Position numbers and translations under genes: made by a program. Source: Carcharhinus longimanus (Eukaryota). Taken from it: a stretch of DNA of 64,000 bases. The stretch's first letter is position 1. Every line of letters starts with the position of its first letter. The stretch is taken from NCBI GenBank assembly GCA_030264375.1, contig JASCQW010000105.1, positions 36,966,283-37,030,282 on the forward strand. Direction: 5' to 3'. The notes under the pieces are model-generated. The model had not been told where the DNA came from, did no database searches, and saw only the letters and a program-made list of their open reading frames with translations. Positions 1 to 14,060 of this stretch are shown piece by piece.

Positions 1-74
1 CATGCATTCAGCTGCATGATCTCTTCATTCTTTGCCCTGCTGGTACCGGGCAGCAACCCAGAGAGTGCCACCCT

Positions 75-362
75 GTTGTTGAAGGTTCCTTGGTGAATTA
101 CTACAGTGCTTCACTATGCAGTAGAAGGGGAGGGAATGAAAATTTAGGTGGTGTGCAATGCTAGTCAGTGGGGTTGCTTTGCCCTGGATTGTGTTGGAGC
201 ATGTGTAGCGTATTCATCGTGCTCCTGACTTGTGCCTTGTAGATGGTGGACAGACTTTAGGAAGTGGATCACTCATTGCAGAATCCTCAGCCTCTCATCT
301 GTGCCTTCAGCTGCAATTTTTGCATAGTTCAGTTAGGTTACTTTCTAATGATAACTCCCAGG
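75..362 (-). mobile_element. Decayed non-LTR retrotransposon fragment (CR1/L2 group)
   Basis: Resembles the antisense of a shark LINE RT 3' region (e.g. cctgacttgtgccttgtagatggtggacag). Confidence 0.4.
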
Positions 363-1871
363 ATTAATCACCATTGAGATTTCCTCCTAATTGTCCTCCT
401 TTGCAGTCCTTAAAGGAGGTTCTACCAATTAAGCTTGTTTATGTGTGCTCAAGGAATGAAAGCTCCTAATGCAATATTTTAAATTAATAAAACTGTGTAT
501 TGTACCACATGACTGGGAAATGATTCTGTACTTTAAAATGAGGTTACCTAACGTTGTGATTAAAAATAATTTTTTGTGTTTAAACCCATTATCTGCTGCA
601 TTAATCAAACTGCACCTAGTTACTATTCTTAAATATATAAGAAAGATTTACAAAACAGAAAATGATGCTGCTTGATTGTACAGGTTCATGACAGATTTCA
701 CATTTAGCACCATGCAATCGAGTTGGAATAGAATCAAAAAAGACACTTCTCAAAACAGGTGCAATTTTGGATGCAACTTGCACCTGTTTCATTGTGCCAA
801 AATGGAAATTTTACCTCGGTATGTTTAAGGACAAAAAGAGCCCAAAGTCTGATGCATGAGCAGCGTTGAGTTAATTAACCATATACTTGAAGCTGACCTT
901 TGTATTTCCTTCCTGCTGGAGTTCTGGTGGTTTTAAAGAAGTTGGATACCTGGCCGTTTACAATTACAAGCATCTGATCATCACTCAAATCCATACTCAA
1001 ACTTGGATATTTATTGGGCCAAAGTATAAACCAGGCTGGAGAGCTGGTAACTCAGTATTCAAGACTACAGAATACTGTGTATTTTCTGCTGTTGTTTCTT
1101 TTAAGTGCCTGTACGAGGTTCCATTTGTTGCAATTCTGTCACAGTATTATATAGTTGCTGTATTGCTGCACTCAACAGGCTAAAACTGGTTGCACTACAG
1201 ACTTCTAATGGAATTCCCGATAGCTTTAGCAAGGTCATGTACTAACTTAGTCAGCTGTGCTTGCAAAATGCATAGCATGTACTTGCCAAGGTGAATTCAT
1301 TTCCAAGAGCAGTGCCAACAACATGTGATTATTGGTTCAGACTCCGTTTATAGAACAGCAATTGGAAGTATTGGAACAAATGCATCTTTTAAAAGCTGTA
1401 CACAATTATACTGTTTTTGGAACAGTATCTTAAAGTTTCTATTATAATGCATATCTGGTATGAGCTTTTGAATCATAATATTGCTCATTTTGTAATTGGC
1501 ATTTCTCATGCCACTTGAATGTGAGCATTTACCATAGCCTGTTTTCTGCAATTTTTAAATCTTCCAATCTGTTTTTAAATCTGCCAATCCGCTATGCTGC
1601 TATTCAATTCTCAATTTTAAAAAGTTGATCACCTCATTAACTCTTGGAAGTGAATAATAAAATCTTTGTGCTTATGTTGTGCATGAATAAACTCTGCCTT
1701 CCAATTTAGAGAGGCAAAGAAGCAATAAAAGTGGGATTTCCTTACCTGTTAATGACTGCAAGTCAATCTCATTACTTTTAAAAGTAGGCATAAATGGGCA
1801 TTAATTTCTCAGTTTTATAATACATTTTTAAAATTATGTTGTGCAACATGCATTTTCTTTTCTCACACACT

Positions 1872-2600
1872 GGGGGCAATTTTCCCCCAAAAGTGTGCCC
1901 AACGGATGGGAAAACGGGAGATTGATTTGGAGAGATGGACTTCCAGCACTCTTGTGCGTCACAAAGTGCCACCAGGGAATTCAGGATGGGGGGGTGGGGA
2001 GGGGAGGGGGAGCCTAATCCAAGCTGAGAAGCTGGCATCAGATCCCTAATGCAGAGATCGCAGTGGTCTCGCCCCATCACCAAATAGCACTGCCTGGTGC
2101 CTGGAGGGCAGTGCCAGGCTGGCACTGCTCAAGGGCCACCCCCAAACACCCACTTGCCCCCAACCTTGCAGGGAGATGGGGGGGTGTGCCTCAATGGCTT
2201 CTGTCCCCTCCAGCAGGGTGATCACACTTAGTCCTCATTGATGGAAACATTAGCAATGTCCTGGGCTCACTAATGATATGGAAATGGTGATTATGTTGAA
2301 AAAAGGACCTTGTAAAGTTGTGATTGGCTGGACACCAGTTGCTAATCCCATTATATGATGCACACTGATATCTCTCATACTGCTGCACTACTCATCAGGC
2401 AGGGAAAATTGNNNNNNNNNNNNNNNNNNNNNNNNNNNNNNNNNNNNNNNNNNNNNNNNNNNNNNNNNNNNNNNNNNNNNNNNNNNNNNNNNNNNNNNNN
2501 NNNNNNNNNNNGCTGGACACCAGTTGCGACTCCCATTATAGGCTGCCCACTGATATCTCTCAGCCTGCTGCACTACTCATCAGGCAGGGAAAATTGCGCC
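1872..2600. mobile_element. Non-autonomous TIR element (PIF/Harbinger-like MITE), spans an N gap
   Basis: Inverted termini ggggcaattttccc ... gggaaaattgcgcc around a GC-rich, non-coding interior. Confidence 0.55.
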
Positions 2601-3127
2601 TGTTGCCTTTCATACAGAACACATTTGTTCAACATCTGCACATTTTTTCTCTCTCTCTCTGTCTCTGATGCTTACATGCATTCATGTGCACGTACTGGGA
2701 ATCTGACTCCCAAAAGCAGGGGGATGTGGTTTGGGTAAGATTTTAACATGTATTTTAAAAAATCAAAATATTTTAGAACTACATTCAACTCAAACACCAA
2801 TGTGAATATTTATTGCAAATCACAATGCCTAGACAGTAGATGCTGCTGATCAATAATTTGATATAAAAAGTCTAATTGCAGTTAATATGAATTTTTCTAA
2901 AAACTAATGATCATCCTTCCCTTCCCCTTCCTTCTCTCCCTGAGTCTTGATTTCCATTTAAGTATGATTTAACTTTATTTGCTCACTTTGAATTCAAGTT
3001 AAACATCTTGTACCTTTGATGTGATGCATAAGGAACGATCTAGGTTGGCTTTCTTTTAAATCATTAAGGTTGATTTAAGTCAGATAAGGAGGGGAAAACA
3101 AACCTTAAAAAATGATTTTTTATCTTT

Positions 3128-3247
3128 AAATGGACTGCAGCATTTCAAGAAGGCAGCTCCCCACCACCACCTCGAGGGCAACTAGGGATGGGCAATAAAT
3201 ATTGGCCAGCTAGTAATGCCCATGTCCCACAAATGAATTTAAAAAAT
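3128..3247 (+). mobile_element. LINE/SINE 3' tail fragment
   Basis: ttcaagaaggcagctc...gggcaactagggatgggcaataaat...A-rich end. The same tail occurs reversed at about 51920-51980. Confidence 0.5.
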
Positions 3248-3507
3248 CAGTATTTATCGAAGATGTTACTTCTACACATAAAAGGATGGCATATTGAATT
3301 TAAGAAATACCAAAATAAGTAGAAAATAGCACAAGATTTCACTTCTAACATTAAATTTTTTTGAAGAAACTACTTGCAGATTTTTGAGTATTAGAGTAGC
3401 TTAATGGTTGTTCCACGCTATTGATGTTAGGAACATATTCCAAACTGATTGTTTACGCAAGGAACAGTTAGTTCAGTTTTTAAAATTATTTTACTAATTT
3501 TTAGTTT

Positions 3508-3790
3508 TTTTTATTAGTGTCACAAGTAGGCTTGCTTTAACACTACAATGAAGTTACTATGAAAANNNNNNNNNNNNNNNNNNNNNNNNNNNNNTCAGGT
3601 ACACTGAGGGAGAATTTAGCATGGCCAATACACCTAACTGGAACATCTTTCGGACTGTAGGAGCAAACTGGAGCACTCCGAGGAAATCCATGCAGACACA
3701 AGGAGAACGTGCAGACTCCGCACAGACAGTGACCCAAGCTAGGAATAGAACCCGGGTCCCTGGCACTGTGAGATAGCAGCGCTAGCCACT
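3508..3790 (-). mobile_element. tRNA-derived V-SINE (HE1-like)
   Basis: Reverse complement has a tRNA-like head (gggttctattcc) and the V-core gggtcactgtctgtgcggagtctgcacgttctcc...attggccatgctaaattc. Confidence 0.8.
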
Positions 3791-4051
3791 TTTGGCTAGA
3801 ATGTGCCACTGTTGGCTAGAGTGTGGTTCAAAATGACACCATTGGCTTGGGTTAAAATCCTTTACCTGCTGTCGTAGTTCATGCCTTGCCACATGCAAGC
3901 TGATGCCCCACAAGCTAAATAGCCACTGTCTATATAGAGATCTGCTTTTGATTCCTTGTGGACTATGACTGATTGCCATCGCCAATTGTTTATATTTGTA
4001 AAAACTTGGATAGAGCTTCTGTTCATTCAAATTTGCTATATTTATTCATAG

Positions 4052-4162
<111 letters not shown>

Positions 4163-4598
4163 TAGATGTGGCTACTTTTAATTGTAAAGATTACTAGAGT
4201 TCAACATAATCCTAATTGTATAGGTTTGGATTGCTAAAGATATCAGCTTATTCAATTTCTGCACACAGAATGAAATTAATAGAAAGCAAAAGGGATTGAA
4301 TTTAACTCACTGCTGTAATAAAGCATACTTATAAATTTTAAGGTAATTATATTGAATGGCAGAAATATGCATGTCAAAGTATGTTACAAGCCAGTAATTG
4401 TATTTAGATGTTGTTCAGACAACAGTATCACATTCTTTGGCTTTGTTCAAATGGTTTTCAAATATTTTACAAACCCTCAAATGATTTGAATTCCTTGCCA
4501 TGCTCACCTCAAGTATTTTATGTATTCCTTTTATGTACTGACATACTGTATATATGTCATGAATAGTGCTGCAGAGGAGAAGTGCTAACTCACAATTA

Positions 4599-5449
4599 GG
4601 GAGCGATTTTCCGACCTCACTGTGCCTGGAGCAGATTGCATCAGTCCTGGAAAAATGTGTGTAGGCCTAAAAATTGGTTCCGATGTGAGGCCGATTAGCG
4701 TGTTTAAAGTAATATATGCATAGCCTGTTTTTAACACCAGATTTACCCAGCTCCTGGGATCTTCTGACCTTCAGGTGCAGCACGAGAACAGCGAGAATTT
4801 CTACTGGTCTCCACTAGTGGAGATTAGATGCAATGACCATGTTGGGGGGGGGTTCAGAGCCCATTGAAGGCCTGGGTGGTTGACGGCGTGGCTATCAATG
4901 CCCATCAGGCAATGTGCATTGGACACTCTACCATTTAGGCACTAGCAGGTGCAGTGACGTGGGGGTGGGGCCTGTGTGGAGTGGAACATGTAAGGGGTCA
5001 TGATGAGGGGGTGTGATACGGTGCATGTCAGGGGGACCTACTGGGAATGAACTGTCATGAAGGGGATGGGGGAACATGCCACCCATTTTGGGGTTTGGGA
5101 TTTCTTAGTGTACTGAGATCAGGGCCCTCTTGTGAAATGGCACACCCAAGTAGCCAGGCTCACCAATATGTTTTGGCCCTGCCCCAGTACTGCCATGCAA
5201 CTCTCCACTCTCCCAAAAAGTATGGGACAATTGTGGTGCGCAGCATGCTTGACGGACTGGCACAGGTCACTCTGGTATTCCTGCTTTTATGATACTTTTG
5301 CCAGAATTTTACCGGCACGCCCACCTGGGCGGATGAGGCTCGCAGAACAGCATTCTCTGTTGACCTCGGGCTGGATCTTATGAGCCTCAAACAGGCGAGG
5401 CAGTAAAATTCCAGTATTTGTTTTTGTTTTTGGGGGAGAATTCCGCCCC
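4599..5449. mobile_element. Non-autonomous TIR element (Harbinger-like MITE)
   Basis: Degenerate inverted termini gggagcgattttcc ... ggagaattccgccc with a GC-rich interior. Confidence 0.45.
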
Positions 5450-6002
5450 TGGACCTCGTACAAGTAAACAGCACATTATTGAACACGTCTTCTAATTTGT
5501 GCATAACTGTGTAGCTGAGCATTTTAAAGGTTATGAGACAATCTGACAGTTGTTTTGCTTGCCAAATATTATGGCGCGAATGCAAATTAGGGGAACCATT
5601 TGGCCTTTTTTGGTTCATCAATGCAGTAGAGGTGGAGTGTACAGGGGGACATTGTTTGATGCTCGCTCTCACAACATCTAACTGGATCCTGAATTACCTG
5701 ACCTGGAATACAATTCCAAATGTTGAATTCTGCTTGCATGAAGCTTTTTGTAACATCTGTCCCAAATCGACTTTATCAATTTTGATCTATTCTTCTGTGT
5801 TTCATTTCTTATAGCAGAGCTTTGGATTATTTCATTCCTACAAATGAATTTATAGCTTTTTATAACGTCCTCTCCCAATTGTTCCTTTTAAACTAAACAG
5901 CCCATTTTTTGCCAATATTTCCTCTGACCCCAGTTCCATGATATCAGGAATGAACCTCATGATTGTACACTCCACTTCAATTGCCTGATTTTTAATAAAT
6001 TT

Positions 6003-6095
6003 TTATAAATATATAAAACGGAAGAGGCTGGTTCGGGTGAACGTTGGACCCTTAGAGGATGAGAGGGGGGACTTAGTGGTGGGGGATGAGGAAAT
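6003..6095 (+). mobile_element. CR1 LINE ORF2 fragment running into a gap
   Basis: Translates as YKYIKRKRLVRVNVGPLEDERGDLVVGDEE, a typical CR1 linker region. Confidence 0.7.
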
Positions 6096-7167
6096 ANNNN
6101 NNNNNNNNNNNNNNNNNNNNNNNNNNNNNNNNNNNNNNNNNNNNNNNNNNNNNNNNNNNNNNNNNNNNNNNNNNNNNNNNNNNNNNNNNNNNNNNNCTTC
6201 CCTCACCCCCATCTCCTGCCCCCAGTTTTTTGACAGCCTGCCTGAATACTGCTACCCAATATTGCTGTCCCCCTTCCTGCCAACTGTGTTGCATAAAGCT
6301 GTGGCTGTCTTGTGAGTTATGTCACTGAGCCTTGAGGTTTTGCGTTTGAGCACTAAGTTGGTGGCGCCCCTCACAGGTGTTGACACCTGGTGCTTGAAAC
6401 TCCCACAGCTTGCTGAAATGATCCGCTTTTTTGTTTTAGTTAGTTTGTTCTGTGTTAATGTTTATATCTCTGTGTAATAGCTACCAATTTATTTAGCACT
6501 TTCTTCCCCTCCGCATCGACTTTCTACTCATCAAATTCCCATTGCCTCAATCTGTTTCCACCTCATTCCATTACCAACTTACTCCACATTGTGCTTTCAA
6601 CTTTAATGGCCTAAGTATTTGCATTTCCAATCCATTTGATATATTATCGTTAGCCGTATATTTCATTTCCCTATTCTTGCTTGAAAAAAGATTATTTGCA
6701 CCTCCTGCCAATCTAGCTGTGCTTTGCATATTTCGTAGTCTTTGTCTCAATTTGCTGTATTCATCCTTGCCAGCACCTCTCTCAAAAATTGTAATCCTCA
6801 GCATATTTTGCGACAGAATTGCTCGTTCAGTCCCTAAATGCAGAGCATTTATGTATATAGTAACACATAATTACATTTGGTTAACTTTCAAAAGTAACTT
6901 GTGGGAAGAGAGGAGGTTGGAATTATTTGGACATCTTTTACACAGCTGGCACAGGCATAGTTGGTTGAATAGTCTCCTGAGCTAAATGACTCAAGAATGC
7001 TACATTCTGAAAATGCAATTCCGTGCTGTTGTTAATGAAAGTGAATAATTGTGAAGACATTAAAAATGCTGCAGTTTACCAGAGCAGAAGAAACTTGTTT
7101 GCTTATCTGTCCTCAAGTCTTTAGACACGGAATACAAACATTTATTTAGACAATATCCGTAAATTGA

Positions 7168-7320
<153 letters not shown>

Positions 7321-8602
7321 TAGTTACTGAAGACCTCAAGGATATTGCACCATATGTACATCATTGTGTAATAAATACATGACAGAATATTGTAATAAAT
7401 GCATGTTTTCAGTGAATTGCTCCTTATCATGCCATGCTTTATGACTTTATTCAAAGAATCATTTTGTTTCCATTCCATTACAAATTGAAACAAAAATCGA
7501 AAAAAGGATAATTGCTATTGTACAAAATAATGTTTTGCTCTTCACTGGAACAAAAGGTTGTTCACAAGATTGTTGCTTTGCTTTGATTCTAATGGGGAAG
7601 AACAAGGAATTCAAAACAAAGCAACCACTTGGTAACGATTGGAAAGAAGACATTATGCACATTAGGATATGTTAAAAAGGAAATATTTTGTCTTTCCTAT
7701 GTGAATTATTTACTATACCCCATTAAGTGGTTACATTGTGAGTTTTCATATAGCTTAAAGCAAGGGAGGGCTCATTTAAGGCCTGATTGAAACATTGAAA
7801 ATTAACTTTCAAGATATACTTAGACTTATTTCATGTAATAATTTGGAGTTCTTTTAGTTATAATTTATATTGGGAAGTGGTACCATCAACAGTCAAATTA
7901 GAATTGCTGACATTTTAATCTCCCCTTTAACTGGGTAAAGGGAGAAAGTTAACTATCCCTCCAATGCACTAACTTGAACATCAAACAAAAAGATTTCAAA
8001 TATACACTACAAATATTTGTAATTATATTGTGTCTTTATCGTAGCAAACCAGACCAAGGTGCATTACAGAGGCACATTCAAAAAGTTGAAGGGGGGGATG
8101 ACAGGAAAGCTGACCAAATATTTGGTTAAAGGGGGTGTGTTAAAAGGGGAGTGCTGGGTAGAGAGGATGAGAATTTAGGGAGAGAATCAAATGTGGTGCC
8201 TTGGCTGTTGAAGGCACAGCTGGCTCACAATGGGTGGCTGAAGATAGATGGATGCACAACAGGTAGATTTGAAGTGTCGGAGGCTCCAGAACTGTGTTCT
8301 AACAGTTCATTTGTCAGCTGATAACCCAACTATGTGAAAATCTTTCTTCAAAAGTGAAATTTGTTTATAAATTTTAATTCAATAAATCTGACTTGTACCA
8401 GTATTATTACTGTGAGGTTGCTAAAACCTAATGCTGAAACACCAAGCAAGAAGTGGTCACTTACAAGTAGTTGCTTTTCTCTTGCCCTGCAGAATCAATG
8501 TAATAAACTCCCATGAAGTTTTTAAAAAAATTAACAGGCTTTTCTCACTTTAATGGGAAACGCTATGTTAGTGAAAACAAGATGGTTACTCTCTCATGAC
8601 AG

Positions 8603-8851
8603 GAAACACCGGTAGACCAGAAGTGTCAGATTCAACTGCACCAGCTGCCCAAGAAGAAACTGGAGTTGGTACAATGGAGGTTGATCCTCCTCCTGATCAG
8701 CTGCCCCAGTCTTCATCTTCCTCCACCGTTTCCGCTCAGGCTCCATCAACATCCTCCTCGACTGCTGGCTCCTCTTCCACCTCTCTCCTTTCTTCACCTG
8801 ATGGTGAACACAAGCGCACCCCTCAGTCAACTGACAATGCTCCACAATCGG
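8603..8851 (+). CDS. DCAF6: DCAF6 coding exon (249 nt, phase 1->1), Ser/Thr-rich linker: NTGRPEVSDS...MEVDPPPDQLPQSSSSSTVSAQAPSTSS...LLSSPDGEHKR...PQS
   Basis: ctctctcatgacag acceptor, G|GTAAG donor. MEVD, SAQA.STSS and LLSSPD blocks match the recalled human linker. Confidence 0.92.
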
Positions 8852-9424
8852 GTAAGAAAACACACGGCTGTAAATGCTTGATAATAGTATGGATACATCT
8901 TCCTTTCAATTTAAAAATTGATTGCATTACCAACTATTTTTTTTCAAGAACTTGATGTTTGCAATTTGCGTTTTAATTTGAATTGGCTTCCCTCTCAACA
9001 TTACCTAAAAATCAAAAGCCAAAACTTTGAAAATGAAGGTGTCTTAATTTTTTAAGAGCATTTATTTATGTTTGTATCCTAACTTTAAGACTTGTGAATA
9101 ACTATCTCCTCTGTGGCACACCTCAAAGTGAAGAGGAATGGTGCAAGTTGATAGCAAGCATGCTGGCCATTAAATACACGGCCTGTATGTTCTGAAAGCT
9201 ATAGGAATGGGGTTAGTTTAAAAAAACAGCTATTTTGAAATTACCTGTTTGGGCTTGTTATGAATATTGAAATTCTGCATTGATAATCTATAGTAGTTTG
9301 CAAATAGAATTACAATAGATATGTGATTTATAAATTGGATATATTGCTCCAGCATACCCAATAAATGATGGAACAATTTATTTGTGACTTCATGCTTAAT
9401 ATCCAGTATATTTTCAAATGCATT

Positions 9425-9636
9425 CAAAGTCCAAAGATATGCAAGTTAGGTGGATTGGCCATGCTAAATTGCCCCTTCGAGACCAAAGATGTGTAGGTTA
9501 GGTGGATTAGCCATCGTAAATGCGCAAGGTTAAGGGAGTAGGGCAGAGGCAGGCTCTGATTGGAGTGCTCTTTCAGAGAGTTGATGCAGACTCGATAAGC
9601 CAAATTACCTCTTTCTGCACAGTAGGCATTCTATGG
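9425..9636 (+). mobile_element. 5'-truncated V-SINE (HE1-like)
   Basis: gtccaaagat...gttaggtggattggccatgctaaattgcccctt...gcagactcgat...ttctatg tail. Confidence 0.7.
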
Positions 9637-11009
9637 TAATACGACCAAAAAATTGCAAAGCAAATTTTGGAAAAGTAATTAAATGCTGATTTTTCTTTGC
9701 TATAATCAACAGAAATAGAATGGAAAATTGAGGGTAATGCTATTGCTTTTCTGTATTTAAATTCAGTATTTTTCAACAGACTGAATTTAACAGAATGTTT
9801 CTCCTCGTCCTTTCCTTCCTGTTGAAGCTAAAAGGCCTGTTGACAGATTTCTGGTGACAGTGATACAAATCATTTTTGGACAGACTAATAGTTCTATAAG
9901 ACATTAATCTTTTCTAAAATATACCAAGTCACATAGAGAAATCATTGGGTTCATGATATTAGTGTAATCATTCAAACATGCAAAAGATTTTTGCGAAGGT
10001 AGTTTCAAAAGGCTACTATTTGTAAAGCTAGATGAAGTGTCAGCCATTTTTAATGTCAACTGTTTTTCACCTTATGTATAAATTGAATAATTTTCATTGA
10101 AGAAAATACTTGCATTTATTATTGTATGCTGTAATCCAGTTCACACGTGCTTCTTTAGTATGGTACCCCATCCATTTGTTCAATGAGAATGCTGAAACAT
10201 ATTACTAAACTGAAAGCAACAACATTTTTACTTTTTTGTGAGTGCAAAATGGGAACCTTTGTGGGCTGAGCTATATTGATTTTATTTTTGTTTCTTTAAT
10301 TTAGCTAAAATAACCTTTCTTTAAAGCTTCCTTATTCTTTGCTATCTTCTGTTAGTTTGGATTTCATTTCATATCCTTTTGTTGAATAACAGACAGACCA
10401 TAGATCATCTTCTTTTCCGGTTAAGATTATTGTTGGCATTGTCTGTCTGAATTACGTAAAGTATGTCATCTAAGGAGGTAGCCTCAATCATGACAATATG
10501 TGGTGTGTGCATGTTTGCTGTGTTTATCCTCGTGTTTCTTCTTTTGTACAATGTATGATGGATGTTTTCTACTGCTAATCATCTACTTGTAAATACATTG
10601 TGAGAAGAAGAAATAATGTAGGATGGCTGTCAATAACAACCTCTGCAAATGGGGATGACCTAGTACCTCTTGTGCTGAATTAATGAATCGCTCTATAACA
10701 AGTACAACAGACATGACTGTGCAAAATGCCTGATTCCAAATGCTGTCTAATGCACCTACAGTCAATTAAGCACAGAAAGTTGGTTTTATGTATATCCTCT
10801 TCAAATTTTCAGCAACAATATTTGTAGACAAATTAACTAGTATGAAAAACAGACTATCAGCATCTGCATAGTGTAGAACAGGTATGTCCAACTTTTATGC
10901 ATGAGCGGGGTGACGGGGGTAGGGGGGCACAATTCTTCAAGCAGCCAATGAGCAAATTTTGAAAAGAAAATGTTTGGCACAATGACTAAAAAGAGAAACT
11001 AGCTGCTCG

Positions 11010-11293
11010 TTTTAATCCCATCTTCCAGCACTTAGTCCATAGTCTTGCAGGTTATAGCTCTTCAGATGCAGATCCAGGTACCTTTTCTAAATGAGCTGAG
11101 AATTTTGTCCTTTTCCACCAATTTGGGCAGTGAAGTTAAGCTTCCTCTAGGTGAAAAGGTTTTTCCTTATGTCGCCTCTGATCCTTCTATCAATTATCTT
11201 AAATCTATATCCCTTGCTTACTTAACCTCTGGCTAAGGGAATCAAGTCTTTCCTATCTACCCTGTCTAGGCCCCTCATAATTTTGTATACCTC
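11010..11293 (-). mobile_element. CR1 LINE 3' fragment
   Basis: Antisense CR1 3' end (gcccctcataattttgtatacctc = EVYKIMRG). Confidence 0.6.
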
Positions 11294-11295
11294 AT

Positions 11296-11960
11296 GGCAG
11301 ATTGGTGCAGAAGGTGAAGTCACATGGGATCAGAGGTGAGCTGGCAAGGTGGATACAGAATTCGATCATAGAAGACTGAGGGCAGCAGTGGAAGGGAGTG
11401 TTTCTGAATGGAGGGCTGTGGCAAGTGGCATTCCTCAGGGATCAGTGCTGGAACCTTTGCTGTTCATAATATATTTAAATGATTTGGAAGAAACATAACT
11501 GGTCTGATTAGTAAGTTTGCAGATGACACCAAGGTTGGTGGATTTGTGGATAGCAATGAGGACAGTCAGAGGATACAGCAAGATATAGATCGGTTGGAGG
11601 CAGACGGAGTTTAATCTGGACAAATGTGAGGTAATGCATTTTGGAAGGTCTAATAAATATAGGAATATACAGTAAATGGTAGAACTGAGTATTGATAGGC
11701 AGAGGGATCTGGGTATACAGGTACACAGGTCACTGAAAGTGGCAACACAGGTGGAGAAGGTGGTCAAGAAGGTTTACAGCATGCTTGCCTTCATCAGCCG
11801 GGGCATTGAGTTTAAAAATTGGCAAGTCATGTTGCAGCTTTGCAGAACCTTAGTTAGGCAGCACTTGAAATATAGTGTTCAATTCTTGTCACTACACTAC
11901 CAGAAGAATGTGGAGGCTTTGAAGAAGGTACAGAAAAGATTTATCAGGATGTTGCCTGGT
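11296..11960 (+). mobile_element. CR1 LINE reverse-transcriptase fragment (disrupted)
   Basis: GIPQGSVLEPLLFIIYLNDL, KFADDTK, DKCEVMHFG and QRDLGIQVHRSLKVA motifs with frameshifts. Confidence 0.85.
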
Positions 11961-12109
11961 ATAATTGCAGCAACATACCCCTGTGGCAATGAAGGTCAAC
12001 AAAACATTTGGCTTCTTATCTGTCTCCTGCACCTGCATGCTTACCTTCAGCGAATGTGTACAAAGCCACCCAGGTCCCACTACACGTGCGTGCGCACACA
12101 TACAATTTA

Positions 12110-12770
12110 CAGCCATTTAGGTAGTAATCTACCTTCTTGTTTTTGCTTCTGAAGTGAATCACATCACTTATCCAAATTATATTGCATCAACTATTGATTT
12201 GCCCATTCACCCAACCTGTTCAGATGCTGAAGGATCTCTGCATCCTCGTCACAGTTCACCCTCCACCCAACTTGGTATCATCTGCAAACTTTGAGATGTT
12301 ACATTTTGTTCCCTCATTCAGATCATTAATATATATTGTGAATAGCTGGGGTCCCAGCACCAATCCCTCTGCACCCCACTAGTTACTGCTTGCCAATTTG
12401 AAATTGACCCATGAATTCCTACTCCTTGTTTCCTTCTGTCAACCAGTTTTCTATCCACCTTAAATACTTCCTCCAATCCCTAGTGCTTTACTTTGGCACA
12501 ATAATTTCTTAGGCGGGGACTTTGTGAAACACTTTCTGAAAGACCTGTGGACATGCATTCCAAGGTCTCTCTCTTCCTCAACCCCTACCAGTATCTTCCC
12601 ATTTGTTGAGTATCCCTTGCTTTGTTTGCCCTCCCCCAATGCATTATTTCACACCATTCCAGATTGAATTCCATTTGTTGCTTCTCTGCCAACTCAACCA
12701 AACAATTGATATAATTCTGGAGTCAACAACTGTCTTCCAGTCTGTCAACTGCAGGACCAGTTTTTGCATG
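12110..12770 (-). mobile_element. CR1 LINE RT fragments
   Basis: Antisense [21 protein letters not shown] and EWQMEFN motifs. Confidence 0.75.
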
Positions 12771-13169
12771 CTGATATTAAATCTAACTTTGTTATGGTGA
12801 CCATCTCTCAAATCCCCAAACTTCCTTTGTCCTATGCCCAGCCCTTTGCAAATTGTTGCTGCTGGGTCAATTAAAATTTTAAAGACTGAACTCAGAAGAT
12901 TTAAGTCAAGGAAGTGGAATAAGGTTGTTTAAGCGAAGCTGAAGTACATATCTGCTATGTTCTATTGGAATGGCAGAACAAGCTCAAGGAGCTGAATAGT
13001 CTACTCATTCCTATGACACCTTTCTCCTTTGATGAGGATCCATATGATTAGTCAAAGCAGCTTTCCTGAGGAAAGGCTCTGAGATATGTCCAAGCTAGAT
13101 TTTTAAAATATATATGCCATTTGAGATGTCCTTTTTTGGCTGTGTATGGGATGTTAAGAACAAAAATGA

Positions 13170-14060
13170 CAGCTTGCATTTACACAGCATTTTTAATGTC
13201 ATGAAACATCGCAAGGCCTTCACTGGAGTTTTACCAAACAAATATTAGCTCTCAGCTACATAAGAATATTTGGATAGGTAACAAAATTTTGTGCTAGATG
13301 TTAAGGAATGTTTAAAGACCACGAGGTTTAGGATGAACTTCTGCCGTTTAGGGATGAAGCAACTGAAGGCATGGTTGCCAATAATAGACATTAAAAATTG
13401 GGGTTGCTTAAGAGGCTAGAATTGGAGGAGCATGAAGATCTTGGAGGTTTTTAAGGCAGGAGGTTACAGAGATAAGGCTATGGAGGCTATAAAAATAAAG
13501 TTGAACATTTTTAAATGAAGATATTTCCAATTCTAGAACTAGTGTACGTCAGTGAGCACAGGTAAGATGTGTGAACAGGATCTAATGTGAGATAGGCTAC
13601 AGGTGACAGAGTTTTGGATGAGCTCAGGTTTACAGAAGGTAGGATGCTGGTCAAGAGATCATTGGAATAGTTAAGTCTGGAGGTTACAAAGCTATCGATG
13701 TGTGTTTCGGGTGTAAATGAGCTGAAGCTGGGTGAGATCTGGCAATACAGAAGTAGGAACTAACTGGTCTTGGTTATGGAGTGGATGTGGGATTGGAGAC
13801 TCATCTTTGGGTCAGACAGCACACTATGCTTGTGAGTTGTCTGGTTCAGCCTCAGCCAATGACTACGGAGATGGAGTCAGTAACTAAGAAACAGGTCTCA
13901 TAGCAGAGACCGAATAATATAGCTTTGGTCTTTACAATACTTGGTAGGAAGAAATTTCTGCTTATCCAATACTGGATATCAAACCAGTAACATCAGATAA
14001 AAGGCAGATGTGAAATGAGAGAATTGATGATGTTGTAGTGCTGGTTATTGTCAGAAGACA
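13170..14060 (-). mobile_element. L2 LINE 3' portion
   Basis: Begins with the reversed L2 tail (ttgcattt...aaacatcgcaaggccttcac), followed by a decayed antisense L2 RT C-terminus. Confidence 0.6.

Noticed and set aside
2328-2597. Apparent direct repeat on both sides of a 100-N gap (also at 20670-20802, 34013-34285 and 61358-61476)
   Set aside because: The duplicates abut fixed-size scaffold gaps. They are most likely contig-end overlaps, haplotypes or paralogous repeat copies rather than biological tandem duplications.
5160-5672. 170-aa minus-strand ORF
   Set aside because: It overlaps a MITE end and AT-rich intron, with no recognisable domain or splice support.
8596-8955. Stand-alone Ser-rich 119-aa ORF (likewise 30858-31187, 55781-56029 and 56040-56249)
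   Set aside because: These are DCAF6 internal exons read through their splice sites.
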